In this document: positions 9,410 through 20,064 of the stretch, piece by piece | Position numbering within the stretch: the stretch's first letter is position 1 | Layout: each line of letters begins with the position of its first letter | DNA from: Bacteroidales bacterium | GTDB lineage: Bacteria > Bacteroidota > Bacteroidia > Bacteroidales > ML635J-15 | Length of the DNA stretch: 64,000 nt | Assembly (NCBI GenBank): GCA_003249955.1 | Contig: QKHS01000095.1 | Span: 11,299 to 75,298, forward strand | Direction of reading: 5' to 3' | Made by a program: the position numbers and the translations under genes | Notes under the pieces: generated by a model | What the model was told of the DNA's origin: nothing | Database searches by the model: none | The model's input: the letters and a program-made list of their open reading frames with translations, nothing else

Positions 9410-10606
9410 ATGAAATTTAAAATATCATTATCATCTGCCAATTTAAAAGCAATTTATTTCTGCGCTATATTAATATTAATGGTATCTGTCAACTCCTGCA
9501 ATAATAATAAAAGTAATATTACAGAAATTTCAGGCAAAATTGAAAACGCATCCGGTCGCACGGTTTATCTGGAAGAATTATCTCCTGGTAAGACTCAAAC
9601 TGTTGCCACTGCTACGATTAAAGACGACGGGACTTTTAAAATCCGGCTTGACAGTATCTCTGACAGTTTCCACAGAATGAAGATTGACGACAACAATGTT
9701 ATTTATCTTAGAATTATTGACGGAGATAAGATTGAAATATCGGCAAAATATCCGGGAATTGTCAGAAATTATGAAATACAAGGCTCTGAAGACTGTAAAC
9801 TCTTAAAAGAAATGAATTTAAGACTTATTAAAAGTTCCGACATTCTTAACGAACTCAAAAATAAAGTGAATGAGTCTGCACTTATACCGGATTACAACAC
9901 CGATTCTCTATGGGAAGTAACTAATGAAACTGCACGTGAACTTTATAAATCTGACAAAGAATTTCTTACAGATTTCATCAAAAAAAACAATAAATCAGCC
10001 GTAATTTACATGGCTCTTTATCAATATATCGGGCCCTCTCCCATTCTGATGATAGAAAACGAACCTGAAATTTTCGATTTTGTTCTTACTGAATTAAAGA
10101 AGTATCATCCTGAGCTTGAACAAACAGCTTTACTTGAATCTGATATTTCCAAAAACAAATTAAAAGAAACACAGAAAAACCGGGATTATGTTTCTCTTTC
10201 TCCCGGGGTTGATGCTCCGGACTTCGTCTTACCGGATGTAAACAGTAAAAAAACATCTTTATCTGCTTTTAAGGGCAATAATGTGATAATCTGCTTCTGG
10301 TCATCATGGAGCAAAAAATCTGTAGAATCAGTGTCCGAACTCATTAATTACGAAAAAATACCCAGGCTTAAAATAATTCTCGTTTCACTTGATACTCAAC
10401 CGGAAAATTGGGAATCCGCTATAAAATCCAACAAGCTGGAAAACATGATTAATCTTTGTGATTTTAAAACATGGGAAGGTTCTGTTGTGAAAATTTACGG
10501 AATAAAAACCTTACCTTCATTTGTTTTGCTGGACTCCGAAGGCAAAATAGAATTATTGACGGATGATTTTGACAAATTAAATGCCGGCTTACAGGAAATT
10601 AAATGA
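9410..10606 (+). CDS. TlpA/AhpC-like thioredoxin-fold protein in which the CxxC motif is replaced by SxxS
   Basis: Signal or lipoprotein-like N-terminus (VSVNSC). The C-terminal thioredoxin-like region has APDFVLPD...VIICFWSSWSKKS at the position where family members carry FWA(S/T)WCxxC. Confidence 0.65.
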   Translation: MKFKISLSSANLKAIYFCAILILMVSVNSCNNNKSNITEISGKIENASGRTVYLEELSPGKTQTVATATIKDDGTFKIRLDSISDSFHRMKIDDNNVIYLRIIDGDKIEISAKYPGIVRNYEIQGSEDCKLLKEMNLRLIKSSDILNELKNKVNESALIPDYNTDSLWEVTNETARELYKSDKEFLTDFIKKNNKSAVIYMALYQYIGPSPILMIENEPEIFDFVLTELKKYHPELEQTALLESDISKNKLKETQKNRDYVSLSPGVDAPDFVLPDVNSKKTSLSAFKGNNVIICFWSSWSKKSVESVSELINYEKIPRLKIILVSLDTQPENWESAIKSNKLENMINLCDFKTWEGSVVKIYGIKTLPSFVLLDSEGKIELLTDDFDKLNAGLQEIK

Positions 10607-13536
10607 ACAAAGCATTGAAACCGATATTTCTTACGGCAGTTCTTATTTTCATTTTGAATTTAGTTGCAAAAACACAGCCGGATTTTCAACAGGAAGTAAA
10701 CCACACAATAGAAGTAAAATTAGATGTTAACACAAAAGCATTAACCGGACAAATTGAAACCGAATACATTAATAATTCCCCCAATAGTCTCGACTATATT
10801 TATTATCATTTATGGCCAAATGCATACAAAAACAACGAAACCGAATTTGCAAAACAACAATTGGCCTACGGTAAAACCGATTTTTATTTTGCCTCTGACG
10901 AACAAAAAGGATATATTGACAGTCTTAATTTTACAGTAAACGGAATCCCTGCCGAAATAAAAAATTCTCCTGAAGGTATTGATGTGATTCTGCTTATTTT
11001 ACCTGAAACCTTTTTACCGGGTGACACAATAAAAATTAAAACTCCGTTTTATGTAAAACTTCCCGAAGTTTTCAGCAGGATGGGTTATGATGAAAACACC
11101 TTCTGCATTACGCAATGGTACCCCAAACCGGCTGTTTATGACAAAAACGGCTGGCATCCGATGAATTATCTTGACATGGGAGAATTTTACAGCGAATTCG
11201 GCAGTTTCGATGTACAGATTACCCTACCCGACGACTATATTGTTGCAGCAACCGGCAATCTTAAGTCTAAAAAAGAACTTCAGCGAATGGAAGATTATGC
11301 AGAAATTTGCAGAAAATCAAAATACCCTGATAATCTCCCGCCGTACGGAGATGCAAAAAAAGAAAAAACCATAAGGTATGTTGAAAAAAACGTTCATGAC
11401 TTTGCATGGTTTACTTCAAAGGATTTTGCAATCGGAAGAGAAAATGTAAAGCTTGAGGGAAACGACAAAACCGTTTTTTGCTGGACTTTTTACAATAAAA
11501 AACACTCCGGCTTATGGAAAGATGCTATTAATTATGTAAAACAATCTGTCAGTTTTTTCTCTTCCGAAATCGGTGATTATCCATATGCCAATTGTACCGC
11601 GGTTGATGGCCCTCTAAATGCAGGCGGAGGAATGGAATACCCGACGATTACAGTTGTGTCGGCATCCTCGGCATCTTCATTGGAGAATGTAATTATGCAT
11701 GAAACAGGGCACAACTGGTTTTACGGGATGCTGGCCAGTAACGAAAGAGCAGACCCGTGGATTGACGAAGGATTTACATCATTTTACGAAAGTAAATATA
11801 ATGACAGATATCATCCGGGAACCGGGTTGCTAGAACAACTTACGTACATAAAAGGAACAAACTCAACATTACAGGAAATTCCCGGCAGGTATATCAGAGA
11901 ATTAAGCTGGTTATATCTTGTAAAAGAGAATCAGGCTCAGTCTTCGGCATTAAGATCAGAAGAAATGTCTGCGGGTAACTATGTAATAATGGCTTACAAC
12001 AAGCCTGTTTCTGTTTTATACGCGGTAGAGAAATATCTCGGCGAAGACACGTTCAGATCTATAATGAAAGATTTTTTCCAAACCTATAAATTCAGGCATA
12101 TTTATTCGCAGACATTTGCTGAGTTTTTTAAAAGTAAAACAGATAATTCAGTAACAGATAAATATTTCAATGAATTATTAATTGACAATAAAATTCCTGA
12201 TTACAAAATTGCCGGACGGCGTGGCGACAGCATTTTAATAAAAAACAATCGTGGAGCCGCCATTCCTCTTTTCCTTTACATAGGAGACTCCCTTGTAATT
12301 GATGATGGCTTTACCGGCAGGAAGGAATTTCTGTTGCCTGCTAAAACAGATGTTACAATAGACAGAGACTTTTACTCTCCTGATTATAACAGAAATAACA
12401 ATTACTATCGTCCGGGCTTTTTAACACAAAACAGCCCTGTAAAAATCAAAATCGGGAATCTCATCGATAATCCTGAAATAAGAGAGTTTCCGCTTATCCC
12501 GGTAATAGCATTTAATACCTCGGATGGCTGGATGCCGGGGATAATGTTTTACTCCACCCCTTTCCCAAAAAAGAAATTTGAGTATCAGATTGTCCCGATG
12601 TATGGGACAAGATCCGGAGACATTGCGGGCCTGACAAATATGAGCTTTTACATTCATCCCCCAAAAAGTGCGGTAAGAGAATATGAATTATTTGCAAAAG
12701 CGGCTGTTTTCGGGACAGACAGTACTTATTCAAGAATAAAAATTGCTTACGGCGTAAAAATGAAACTCAGGACAAACCCCGTGGAAAGACAGGAATCAAC
12801 AATAACCTTGCGACAAGTTACTGCAACTAATGCTTATTCCGGGAAATTAATGAATTTTCAGTGTGTAGAATCATCATATGCAGACTTTCGCAAGATAAAC
12901 CCGTGGTCATTTAAAATCAATGCTGAAGCAGGTAAAGGATTTGTAAAAGCCTGGGCCGAAATAAAACAGACTATTACATATTCGGAAAAGTTAAAAGGAC
13001 TCACAATAAGATTGTTTGCCGGTAAGTTTTTGTACAACGCACCCGTTTACTACGGCAATTACAATTTCAGATTATCCGGTAATCTTGGCTCTCAGGATTA
13101 CCTGTATGATAATCTTTTTGCCGGCAGATACGAAAACATAGGGAAACATCCTGAATTGTTCTGGAGTCACCAGTTTTTGAGAAATGACGGAGGTTTTACT
13201 CTCTGGACTCCTCATGGACAAAGTGATAACTGGCTGGCAGCAATCAATTTTGATTCTTCCACCCCTTTGCCGTTTCTGGATGCATACATTAATCTGGGTG
13301 CCTGTCCTTCCGTTAATGGAAGCACTTTTGCCTATTATTATTACGAAGCAGGCCTTAAAATTAAAATATGGGATGATTTTTTATGTGTTTACTTCCCGAT
13401 AAAAGGCTCTGAAACAATATGGGAAACAAGTAATAATTTTTACACCGACAATTACTTTCAGAAAATAAGATTTACACTATCTTTGGACAAAATTAATTTA
13501 CTGAATTACAGAGAAAAACCATATTTATTGTTTTGA
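10603..13536 (+). CDS. M1-family (gluzincin) zinc metallopeptidase, 977 aa
   Basis: HETGHNWFYG (HExxH) is followed 18 residues later by WIDEGFTSFYE (the third zinc ligand, Glu). A signal peptide is present. The ATGA start overlaps the stop of the preceding gene. Confidence 0.8.
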   Translation: MNKALKPIFLTAVLIFILNLVAKTQPDFQQEVNHTIEVKLDVNTKALTGQIETEYINNSPNSLDYIYYHLWPNAYKNNETEFAKQQLAYGKTDFYFASDEQKGYIDSLNFTVNGIPAEIKNSPEGIDVILLILPETFLPGDTIKIKTPFYVKLPEVFSRMGYDENTFCITQWYPKPAVYDKNGWHPMNYLDMGEFYSEFGSFDVQITLPDDYIVAATGNLKSKKELQRMEDYAEICRKSKYPDNLPPYGDAKKEKTIRYVEKNVHDFAWFTSKDFAIGRENVKLEGNDKTVFCWTFYNKKHSGLWKDAINYVKQSVSFFSSEIGDYPYANCTAVDGPLNAGGGMEYPTITVVSASSASSLENVIMHETGHNWFYGMLASNERADPWIDEGFTSFYESKYNDRYHPGTGLLEQLTYIKGTNSTLQEIPGRYIRELSWLYLVKENQAQSSALRSEEMSAGNYVIMAYNKPVSVLYAVEKYLGEDTFRSIMKDFFQTYKFRHIYSQTFAEFFKSKTDNSVTDKYFNELLIDNKIPDYKIAGRRGDSILIKNNRGAAIPLFLYIGDSLVIDDGFTGRKEFLLPAKTDVTIDRDFYSPDYNRNNNYYRPGFLTQNSPVKIKIGNLIDNPEIREFPLIPVIAFNTSDGWMPGIMFYSTPFPKKKFEYQIVPMYGTRSGDIAGLTNMSFYIHPPKSAVREYELFAKAAVFGTDSTYSRIKIAYGVKMKLRTNPVERQESTITLRQVTATNAYSGKLMNFQCVESSYADFRKINPWSFKINAEAGKGFVKAWAEIKQTITYSEKLKGLTIRLFAGKFLYNAPVYYGNYNFRLSGNLGSQDYLYDNLFAGRYENIGKHPELFWSHQFLRNDGGFTLWTPHGQSDNWLAAINFDSSTPLPFLDAYINLGACPSVNGSTFAYYYYEAGLKIKIWDDFLCVYFPIKGSETIWETSNNFYTDNYFQKIRFTLSLDKINLLNYREKPYLLF

Positions 13537-14282
13537 CAACTAGAACCAAAATATATTTCGTATCGGATGTACATCTGGGGATAAATAGTGAATTTACTTC
13601 GGAATATCGCGAACTTCTGCTGATAAAATGGCTTGATGAAATTAAAACAGATGCGACAGAAATTGTTTTGGCCGGAGATATTTTTGATTTCTGGTTCGAG
13701 TACAAACATGTTGCTCCGAGAGGTTTTAACCGTATAATTTCAAAGCTGAGAGAAATTTCCGACAGCGGAATAAAAATTACATACTTTACCGGAAATCATG
13801 ATATGTGGATATTCGGCTATCTGCCGGAGGCAATTGGTGCTGAACTTATTCGCGGAATACAGATAAGGGAAATAAACGGAAAGAAATTATATATAGGCCA
13901 TGGTGACGGACTTGGGCCTTACGATAAAAGTTATAATTTCCTAAAAAAGATTTTCTCATCAAAATTTTTCCAGTTTTTGTTTAAGCTTGTTCATCCCGAA
14001 ATTTCTTTCAGGATTGCCCTTAAATGGTCATCTTCAAGCCGTAAAAAACACAAATACCCTGCAAAAACAGACTTTAACGACGAATGGCTGGTAATGTTTG
14101 CAAAAACGGTATTGGAAAAAGAACATATAGACTTTTTTGTCTTCGGGCACAGACACATTCCTTTTCAGGCACAAATCGGAGATAATACGGTTTTTACAAA
14201 CCTCGGCGACTGGCTTTTTAACTTCAGTTATGCCGTTTTTGACGGAGAAAAGATGGAGTTGAAGAGAATGTTGCACGAATAA
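13533..14282 (+). CDS. lpxH: UDP-2,3-diacylglucosamine diphosphatase (calcineurin-like phosphoesterase)
   Basis: Metallophosphoesterase motifs are present: FVSDVHLG, AGDIFDFW, GNHD, GHGD and GHRH. The size (249 aa) fits LpxH. The TTG start overlaps the M1 peptidase stop. Confidence 0.75.
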   Translation: MTTRTKIYFVSDVHLGINSEFTSEYRELLLIKWLDEIKTDATEIVLAGDIFDFWFEYKHVAPRGFNRIISKLREISDSGIKITYFTGNHDMWIFGYLPEAIGAELIRGIQIREINGKKLYIGHGDGLGPYDKSYNFLKKIFSSKFFQFLFKLVHPEISFRIALKWSSSSRKKHKYPAKTDFNDEWLVMFAKTVLEKEHIDFFVFGHRHIPFQAQIGDNTVFTNLGDWLFNFSYAVFDGEKMELKRMLHE

Positions 14283-14393
14283 GCTGTTCAAATTCTGTAT
14301 TACATCATAACCTCGCCGTTTTTCATAAATTATATTTACTATAGCATACGGGCTTTTTTTCTGTCAATCTTCTAATGTCTAATGTCTTTTTTT

Positions 14394-14401
14394 TATCTTT
14401 G
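14394..14401 (+). promoter_or_regulatory. Candidate -7 box TATCTTTG upstream of lptB
   Basis: Exact TAnnTTTG match, 9 nt upstream of the ATG at 14410 (18 nt upstream of the alternative ATG at 14419). Confidence 0.4.
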
Positions 14402-14409
14402 CACAAAAA

Positions 14410-15144
14410 ATGCACGGAATGAAACTGCACACTTCAGGGTTAGTAAAAAAATATGGCAGCAGAACTGTTGTAAAAGGAGTAAGCGTTGAAGTAAATCAGG
14501 GAGAAATTGTTGGATTGCTTGGACCAAACGGAGCAGGTAAAACTACAACATTTTATATGATTGTCGGATTGATAAAACCCAACGAAGGACATATTTTCCT
14601 TGATGAAACCGAGATAACCAAGGAGCCGATTTATATGCGTGCACGAAAGGGCATAGGGTACCTTGCCCAGGAAGAATCAATTTTTCAGAAAATGTCGGTT
14701 CAGGATAACATAAAGGCCATACTTGAGATGACCAAACTGACAAAAAGTGAACAACTTCGCAAAACATCACAATTACTTGAAGAGTTCGGACTTTCACATA
14801 TTCGTAAGAGCAAAGGTTTTCAGTTATCAGGCGGAGAAAGAAGAAGAACCGAAATTGCACGTGCACTGGCGATAGATCCGTATTTTATTTTACTCGACGA
14901 ACCATTTGCTGGTGTTGACCCCATTGCCGTAGAAGACATTCAGAAAATAGTCCGACATCTTAAAGAAAGAAATATCGGGGTATTAATCACAGACCACAAT
15001 GTTCATGAAACTCTTACAATAACTGACCGTGCTTATCTTCTTTTCGAAGGCAATATTCTTAAAAGCGGGACAGCAGAAGAATTATCAGACGACGAACAGG
15101 TTAGAAAACTTTACCTCGGCGAAAACTTTGAACTAAGGAAATAA
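14410..15144 (+). CDS. lptB: LPS export ABC transporter ATP-binding protein
   Basis: Walker [10 protein letters not shown], signature LSGGERRR and Walker [12 protein letters not shown]. The size (about 240 aa) and C-terminal extension are typical of LptB. Confidence 0.85.
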   Translation: MHGMKLHTSGLVKKYGSRTVVKGVSVEVNQGEIVGLLGPNGAGKTTTFYMIVGLIKPNEGHIFLDETEITKEPIYMRARKGIGYLAQEESIFQKMSVQDNIKAILEMTKLTKSEQLRKTSQLLEEFGLSHIRKSKGFQLSGGERRRTEIARALAIDPYFILLDEPFAGVDPIAVEDIQKIVRHLKERNIGVLITDHNVHETLTITDRAYLLFEGNILKSGTAEELSDDEQVRKLYLGENFELRK

Positions 15145-15196
15145 TCATATAATTCTTAAACATAAAAATATCCTGTCTCTTCATTCATACTTTTTC

Positions 15197-15204
15197 TAAT
15201 TTTG
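15197..15204 (+). promoter_or_regulatory. Candidate -7 box TAATTTTG upstream of the SulP transporter gene
   Basis: Exact TAnnTTTG match, 26 nt upstream of the ATG at 15230. Confidence 0.4.
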
Positions 15205-15229
15205 CACCCGTTTTCAATCAGATTTTACG

Positions 15230-16885
15230 ATGAAAGATATTTTTAGACCTAAATTTTTCAGCATTATAAAAGAAGGCTATACCAGGCAACAATTTACAAA
15301 AGATTTATTTGCAGGTATAATTGTCGGTATCGTAGCCCTGCCGTTGGCTATTGCATTTGCTGTTGCCTCAGGAGTATCTCCGGAGAAAGGTATTATTACA
15401 GCGGTAATTGCCGGGTTCATTATCTCATTGCTTGGTGGTAGCCGGGTCCAGATTGGCGGCCCCACAGGAGCATTTATTGTAATTGTTTTCGGAATTGTTT
15501 CGCAGTACGGAGTCGGAGGATTACTTATTTCAACAATTCTGGCCGGAATAATGCTTATTGCATTCGGATTACTACGTCTGGGTGCTTTACTTAAATATAT
15601 TCCTCATCCCCTTATAGTAGGCTTTACCAGCGGAATTGCACTTATTATTTTTTCGACACAGATAAAAGATGCTTTCGGATTGCAAACAGGTCAGGTTCCT
15701 GCCGATTTCATAGGTAAATGGGAGACTTATTTTCACTCATTTTCAAGCATCAACTATGTGGCAATAATAATAACTGTTGTGACAATACTCATAAGCTTGT
15801 TTTTCAACAAGATAACCAATAAAATACCGGGATCTTTTGTTGCAATTATTTTTGTTACTGCTGCAGTTGCAATATTTAAACTGCCTGTCACAACTATTGA
15901 AACTCTGTTTGGCGAGATTTCCGGTAAAATAACTATGGAATTTCCTGCAATCGACTGGAGCAATATAAGTTATTACTTTGCCCCGGCTCTTACAATTGCA
16001 TTATTGGGAGCAATAGAGTCGTTGCTATCGGCAGTAGTAGCGGACGGTATGATAGGTGGTAATCACCGGAGCAATACCGAACTTATTGCCCAGGGAATTG
16101 CCAATATAGTAGCTCCGTTTTTCGGAGGGATTCCGGCAACAGGTGCAATTGCAAGGACTGCAACCAATATAAAAAACGGTGGAAGGACTCCTGTCGCCGG
16201 TATGATTCATGCGGTTACACTACTGCTCATACTTTTGTTTTTTGGTAAATATGCAAAACTGATTCCTATGTCATGTCTTGCCGGGATTCTTATTCTCGTT
16301 TCATACAATATGAGCGAATGGAGATCTTTCAGGGCCATTCTGAGGGGTTCGGCATTTGATATTATCATTCTGTTAACTACTTTTATTCTCACTGTTTTAG
16401 TCGATCTTACCGTGGCAATTCAAATCGGCATAGTGCTTTCTGCAATATTATTTATGAAACGTATGGCAGACAACGGCCAGGCAATACTAAAAGAAAAAGA
16501 CTCTCAAATTATCGAGAACTATGGCTACCTGCCTAAAGAAATTGAGATTTATGAAATCAGCGGGCCTTTTTTCTTCGGGGCTGCAAAACATTACAGTGAA
16601 GTTCTTAAAGGTCATGCCTCATCGACTAAAATACTGATTATACGTATGCGTTATGTCCCTTTTATTGACTCAACGGGAATACACAACTTTAAGGAAGCCA
16701 TAACCACTCTTAAAAGCAGCGGAAAGAAAATAATACTGTCAGGGGTACAACCTGATGTAAGGAAAGAGCTGGATAAAGCCAGGGTGGCATTTCTGATTGG
16801 GAAAGCAAATATATGTGACGATTTTGATGATGCATTGGCAAAAGCGAAAGATGTTCTCAGCAAAATGGAAAGTTCTCAGCAATAA
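15230..16885 (+). CDS. SulP-family anion transporter with a C-terminal STAS domain
   Basis: The N-terminus YTRQQFTKDLFAGIIVGIVALPLAIAFAVASGV is typical of SulP. There are many transmembrane segments and a STAS-like tail (ILIIRMRYVPFIDSTG). Confidence 0.85.
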   Translation: MKDIFRPKFFSIIKEGYTRQQFTKDLFAGIIVGIVALPLAIAFAVASGVSPEKGIITAVIAGFIISLLGGSRVQIGGPTGAFIVIVFGIVSQYGVGGLLISTILAGIMLIAFGLLRLGALLKYIPHPLIVGFTSGIALIIFSTQIKDAFGLQTGQVPADFIGKWETYFHSFSSINYVAIIITVVTILISLFFNKITNKIPGSFVAIIFVTAAVAIFKLPVTTIETLFGEISGKITMEFPAIDWSNISYYFAPALTIALLGAIESLLSAVVADGMIGGNHRSNTELIAQGIANIVAPFFGGIPATGAIARTATNIKNGGRTPVAGMIHAVTLLLILLFFGKYAKLIPMSCLAGILILVSYNMSEWRSFRAILRGSAFDIIILLTTFILTVLVDLTVAIQIGIVLSAILFMKRMADNGQAILKEKDSQIIENYGYLPKEIEIYEISGPFFFGAAKHYSEVLKGHASSTKILIIRMRYVPFIDSTGIHNFKEAITTLKSSGKKIILSGVQPDVRKELDKARVAFLIGKANICDDFDDALAKAKDVLSKMESSQQ

Positions 16886-16903
16886 CGATAATAATTTCAT
16901 TGT

Positions 16904-17272
16904 ATGAAAGGCTTTTATACAATTCTTCTTTTAATATTGTCCAACTCTTTCATGACATTTGCATGGTACGGACATTTAAAATTTAAAGAAATTCCGTGGT
17001 TTGCCAGACTATCTCTTTTTAGTATCGTTTTAATAAGCTGGGGAATTGCATTATTCGAATATTTTTTTCAGGTTCCGGCAAACAGACTCGGGTTTAAAGG
17101 AAATGGCGGGCCTTTCTCTCTTGTAGAACTAAAAGTCATACAGGAGGTTATCACATTAATTGTTTTTGTAGTCTTTTCTCTTGTATTTTTTAAAACTGAG
17201 CAATTCCGTACAAATCACATAATTGGCTTTGTCTTTCTGATTCTTGCCGTATATTTCATTTTTAAGAAATGA
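16904..17272 (+). CDS. DMT-superfamily small membrane protein (DUF486-like)
   Basis: 122 aa with four predicted transmembrane segments. The N-terminus LLILSNSFMTFAWYGHLKF is characteristic of DUF486. Confidence 0.7.
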   Translation: MKGFYTILLLILSNSFMTFAWYGHLKFKEIPWFARLSLFSIVLISWGIALFEYFFQVPANRLGFKGNGGPFSLVELKVIQEVITLIVFVVFSLVFFKTEQFRTNHIIGFVFLILAVYFIFKK

Positions 17273-17312
17273 AGAATAAATTACAAAATTGCAATTCCCG
17301 CATCCGGGGATT

Positions 17313-18392
17313 TTATCTTTTCTTTAAATCTATATAAGTAGGTAAGTGATCGCTATATCCGCCATGATATTTAAAACCGATATAAGTTCTGTCAGGACGT
17401 TTTCCCGGGAATTTATCATCCGGTTCAAGTAAAAAATCTGCATTAAAAACATGTGCATCGTCCGGCGTTGTATAAATATTTCCAACAGTGTCCAACAGGG
17501 CTCCTGAAACAATAATCTGGTCTAAAATTCCCCACTGACCGTTATATTTATGTGTCCCGAGTTTTTTTACTTCCTGAAGATAATATGAGAGATTATAAAG
17601 CTTATCAGATTTAATTCTGTCAAATGATGTATTAGCCTTTAACGATTCTGTCAGGCTTCTGTCTGTAGGATAATCATTAAGGTCTCCCATTATGATAATA
17701 TTTGCCTGAGGATTATCATTCAATATCGAATCAGAGTGGTTTTTAACCATTTTTGCAACAAACATTCGTTTTTCTTCAGTTTCCATCTGTCCTCCCCAAC
17801 GCGAAGGCCAATGGTTTACATATACGTTTAAAGTATCTCCGTTGGCTGTAACACCCTTAACATACAAAATATCTCTGGTTGTACCGGAACCTATACTTGC
17901 AGGCCAGACAACCCTTATTGCACGTTGAGCCACCGGGGTAAAATAATCAGACCGATAGAGTAAAGCGACATCAATTCCTCTGGCATCAGGAGATTCATAT
18001 TGAATAATTTTATAATCTGTTTTATATAAAGGTGTGTAATTCAACAAGTCGTTCAGGACCTTTCTGTTTTCTATTTCGCTCAATCCTACTAACTTCGGCA
18101 AATCCCACTCTCCGACAGCAACAATAACTTTATAAATATTACTCAGCTTTTGCTTGTAACGTGAATCAGACCAGTAACGGGCACCCTCAGGCAAAAACTC
18201 ACTATCACTTGTTTCAGGATCATCTTCTGTATCGAACAGGTTTTCGGTATTATAAAACATTATACGATACGAGGTATTTGTAAACTCAGAATTAAGCTTA
18301 CTGTCATTATTCGCAGAGTTCTTTCCTGTTGTACAGGATAATGCCAACAAAAGAAAACATAAAGGAATAAAAGTAAACAAAGTTTTTTTCAT
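17313..18392 (-). CDS. Endonuclease/exonuclease/phosphatase (EEP) family lipoprotein
   Basis: Lipobox LLALSC. EEP-like motifs are present: FYNTENLFD, GLSEIEN, VNHWPSR, MGDLND and SDHLP. Confidence 0.75.
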   Translation of the reverse strand: MKKTLFTFIPLCFLLLALSCTTGKNSANNDSKLNSEFTNTSYRIMFYNTENLFDTEDDPETSDSEFLPEGARYWSDSRYKQKLSNIYKVIVAVGEWDLPKLVGLSEIENRKVLNDLLNYTPLYKTDYKIIQYESPDARGIDVALLYRSDYFTPVAQRAIRVVWPASIGSGTTRDILYVKGVTANGDTLNVYVNHWPSRWGGQMETEEKRMFVAKMVKNHSDSILNDNPQANIIIMGDLNDYPTDRSLTESLKANTSFDRIKSDKLYNLSYYLQEVKKLGTHKYNGQWGILDQIIVSGALLDTVGNIYTTPDDAHVFNADFLLEPDDKFPGKRPDRTYIGFKYHGGYSDHLPTYIDLKKR

Positions 18393-18405
18393 ACTGCAAT
18401 TTTGC

Positions 18406-18413
18406 CAAATTTA
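18406..18413 (-). promoter_or_regulatory. Candidate -7 box TAAATTTG upstream of the EEP gene
   Basis: Exact TAnnTTTG match on the minus strand, 14 nt upstream of the ATG at 18392. Confidence 0.35.
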
Positions 18414-18521
18414 CAAAATTTAAATGCTCGTAAGCACACTGTTTGTAAAAAAGTTAATAATACCGGCTTTATAAAGGCTGCGAGCTTCAGCCTCCAGCAG
18501 ATATGATACCCCAAAATCTGA

Positions 18522-19994
18522 TTATTCCTGTCTCTCAAACGCTCCCAGATCAGGTTTTCCGTCAACAATTCTGTTATTACCGTTCTGATCTGAGGGAACA
18601 AGATTACCTATGCTGAGTTTACCTGCATCTTTTGCCGGAGAAAGCGTGTCAAGCTGATAATCATATGGCGATGTTGTTTCAACGAATTTAGGGTTTTCAT
18701 TAAAAATATTATCAATAAAGAAATCGGAACCTTCAAAATCCGAAGGATTACTATACTTTATCAGACAATTATCGAAACGGAAGTTTGCCATTGCCCCTGT
18801 TGCCAGATCCAATTCAAGTTCATCTTCCCGCGATCCGTAGATTATGCAATTCCCAAAATAGGCATTCGTGAGATCTCTGTATGATATCTGATCATTTCCG
18901 TTACCGTCTGTATAACCATAATAATTGTTCAGTATTAACTGAGGTGTCTGTCTGTTGCCAATCCAATAGTTTGCAAGAGTACAATGAATAAAAGAATATT
19001 CTCCGCCTATAATACAGGCTACATTATACTGCCCGCTGTTGGCAAAAACACAGTTCTCGGCATCTATCGCTGCTCCCAGAGCATAAAGGCCTATAATCTT
19101 TGAATTTTCAATATTTGTATTTTTCAGTTTTACAGTCGGAGTCCCTGGTGTAACACATGAATCTACCTGTAATCCGATAATTCCGTTTTTTATGTCAGAA
19201 TTAAGTATTTCGCTGTTTTGTGAACCGGCAAGCAAATGAATTCCGCCATAAATACCGGTGGTATTTCCGTTATTATCTTCTGTAAATGCTCCCCATTGCC
19301 CTGCAACCTCAGAATAATATTCCTCAAGCCTGTCACAGGTAAATAAAATTCTGTCGGAGACATCACCATAAGCTTTTAAAGTTCCGCGAACAAACAAAGA
19401 AGATCCCCGGTGAAAAAACACTTTTGTCCCTGGTAAAATTGTTAAAATAACATTATCTTCCACCAATGCCGAATTATAAATCAAAACCGGCTTTTCAGAA
19501 GTCCAGGTCGTATCATTTGTAATATACTGACCATTAATTAATGTAATGTCCTGTCCGAAAGATACCAGTTTAACATCCTGCCTGTTCCCGTTAGAAATAA
19601 AAACTACAGAATCCTGCTCAATCATTTCATCTTTTCCGGGGTCAATTGTTACTTCTACAAATATAAAAACAGAATCTCCCGGAGCCAGTTCTATATCTTC
19701 AACACTGTTAGCAGAATAGCCATCAATATTAAGACGATAAGCCGAATTTTTATCTTTTGCCAGATATATCCTGTCAATTTTTATTGTTTTAGACTTATTT
19801 GAATTTTTTACAGTGAAATAATTGGTAGCACTCCCGGCAGTTGTAAAAACAGTGTCAAACTGCACTGTATCTGTCGAAAAAATGAGTTTATCAGACGGAT
19901 CTGTTGTAAATGCATTTTTTTGACATGAATTAATAAAAAACAAAGAAAAAAAACAAAGTGTTACTACTGTAAATATTGCAATTTTTTTAACCAT
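18522..19994 (-). CDS. Lipoprotein with a probable right-handed beta-helix region
   Basis: The track ORF begins with GTG at 20000. ATG at 19994 gives MVKKIAIFTVVTLCFFSLFFINSC, which has a lipobox. The central region has repetitive N/G-rich beta-helix-like turns. I recognise no named family. Confidence 0.6.
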   Translation of the reverse strand: MVKKIAIFTVVTLCFFSLFFINSCQKNAFTTDPSDKLIFSTDTVQFDTVFTTAGSATNYFTVKNSNKSKTIKIDRIYLAKDKNSAYRLNIDGYSANSVEDIELAPGDSVFIFVEVTIDPGKDEMIEQDSVVFISNGNRQDVKLVSFGQDITLINGQYITNDTTWTSEKPVLIYNSALVEDNVILTILPGTKVFFHRGSSLFVRGTLKAYGDVSDRILFTCDRLEEYYSEVAGQWGAFTEDNNGNTTGIYGGIHLLAGSQNSEILNSDIKNGIIGLQVDSCVTPGTPTVKLKNTNIENSKIIGLYALGAAIDAENCVFANSGQYNVACIIGGEYSFIHCTLANYWIGNRQTPQLILNNYYGYTDGNGNDQISYRDLTNAYFGNCIIYGSREDELELDLATGAMANFRFDNCLIKYSNPSDFEGSDFFIDNIFNENPKFVETTSPYDYQLDTLSPAKDAGKLSIGNLVPSDQNGNNRIVDGKPDLGAFERQE

Positions 19995-20064
19995 CTGCAC
20001 AATTTTAATTCTATAAACGCAAATCAGGCCTGGTTATTACATTACCGGGCCCGAAAAAATTGCT

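Noticed and set aside
17293-17314. A possible terminator hairpin (ttcccg catc cgggga tttt) after the DMT gene.
   Set aside because: The stem is only 5 bp and has a bulge, and the T-run overlaps the stop codon of the convergent EEP gene. The support is too weak.
20027-20050. A hairpin (gcctggt / accgggc, with one G-U pair) downstream of the 1304-aa adhesin gene, considered as a terminator.
   Set aside because: No convincing T-run follows on the minus strand, so I did not list it as a feature.
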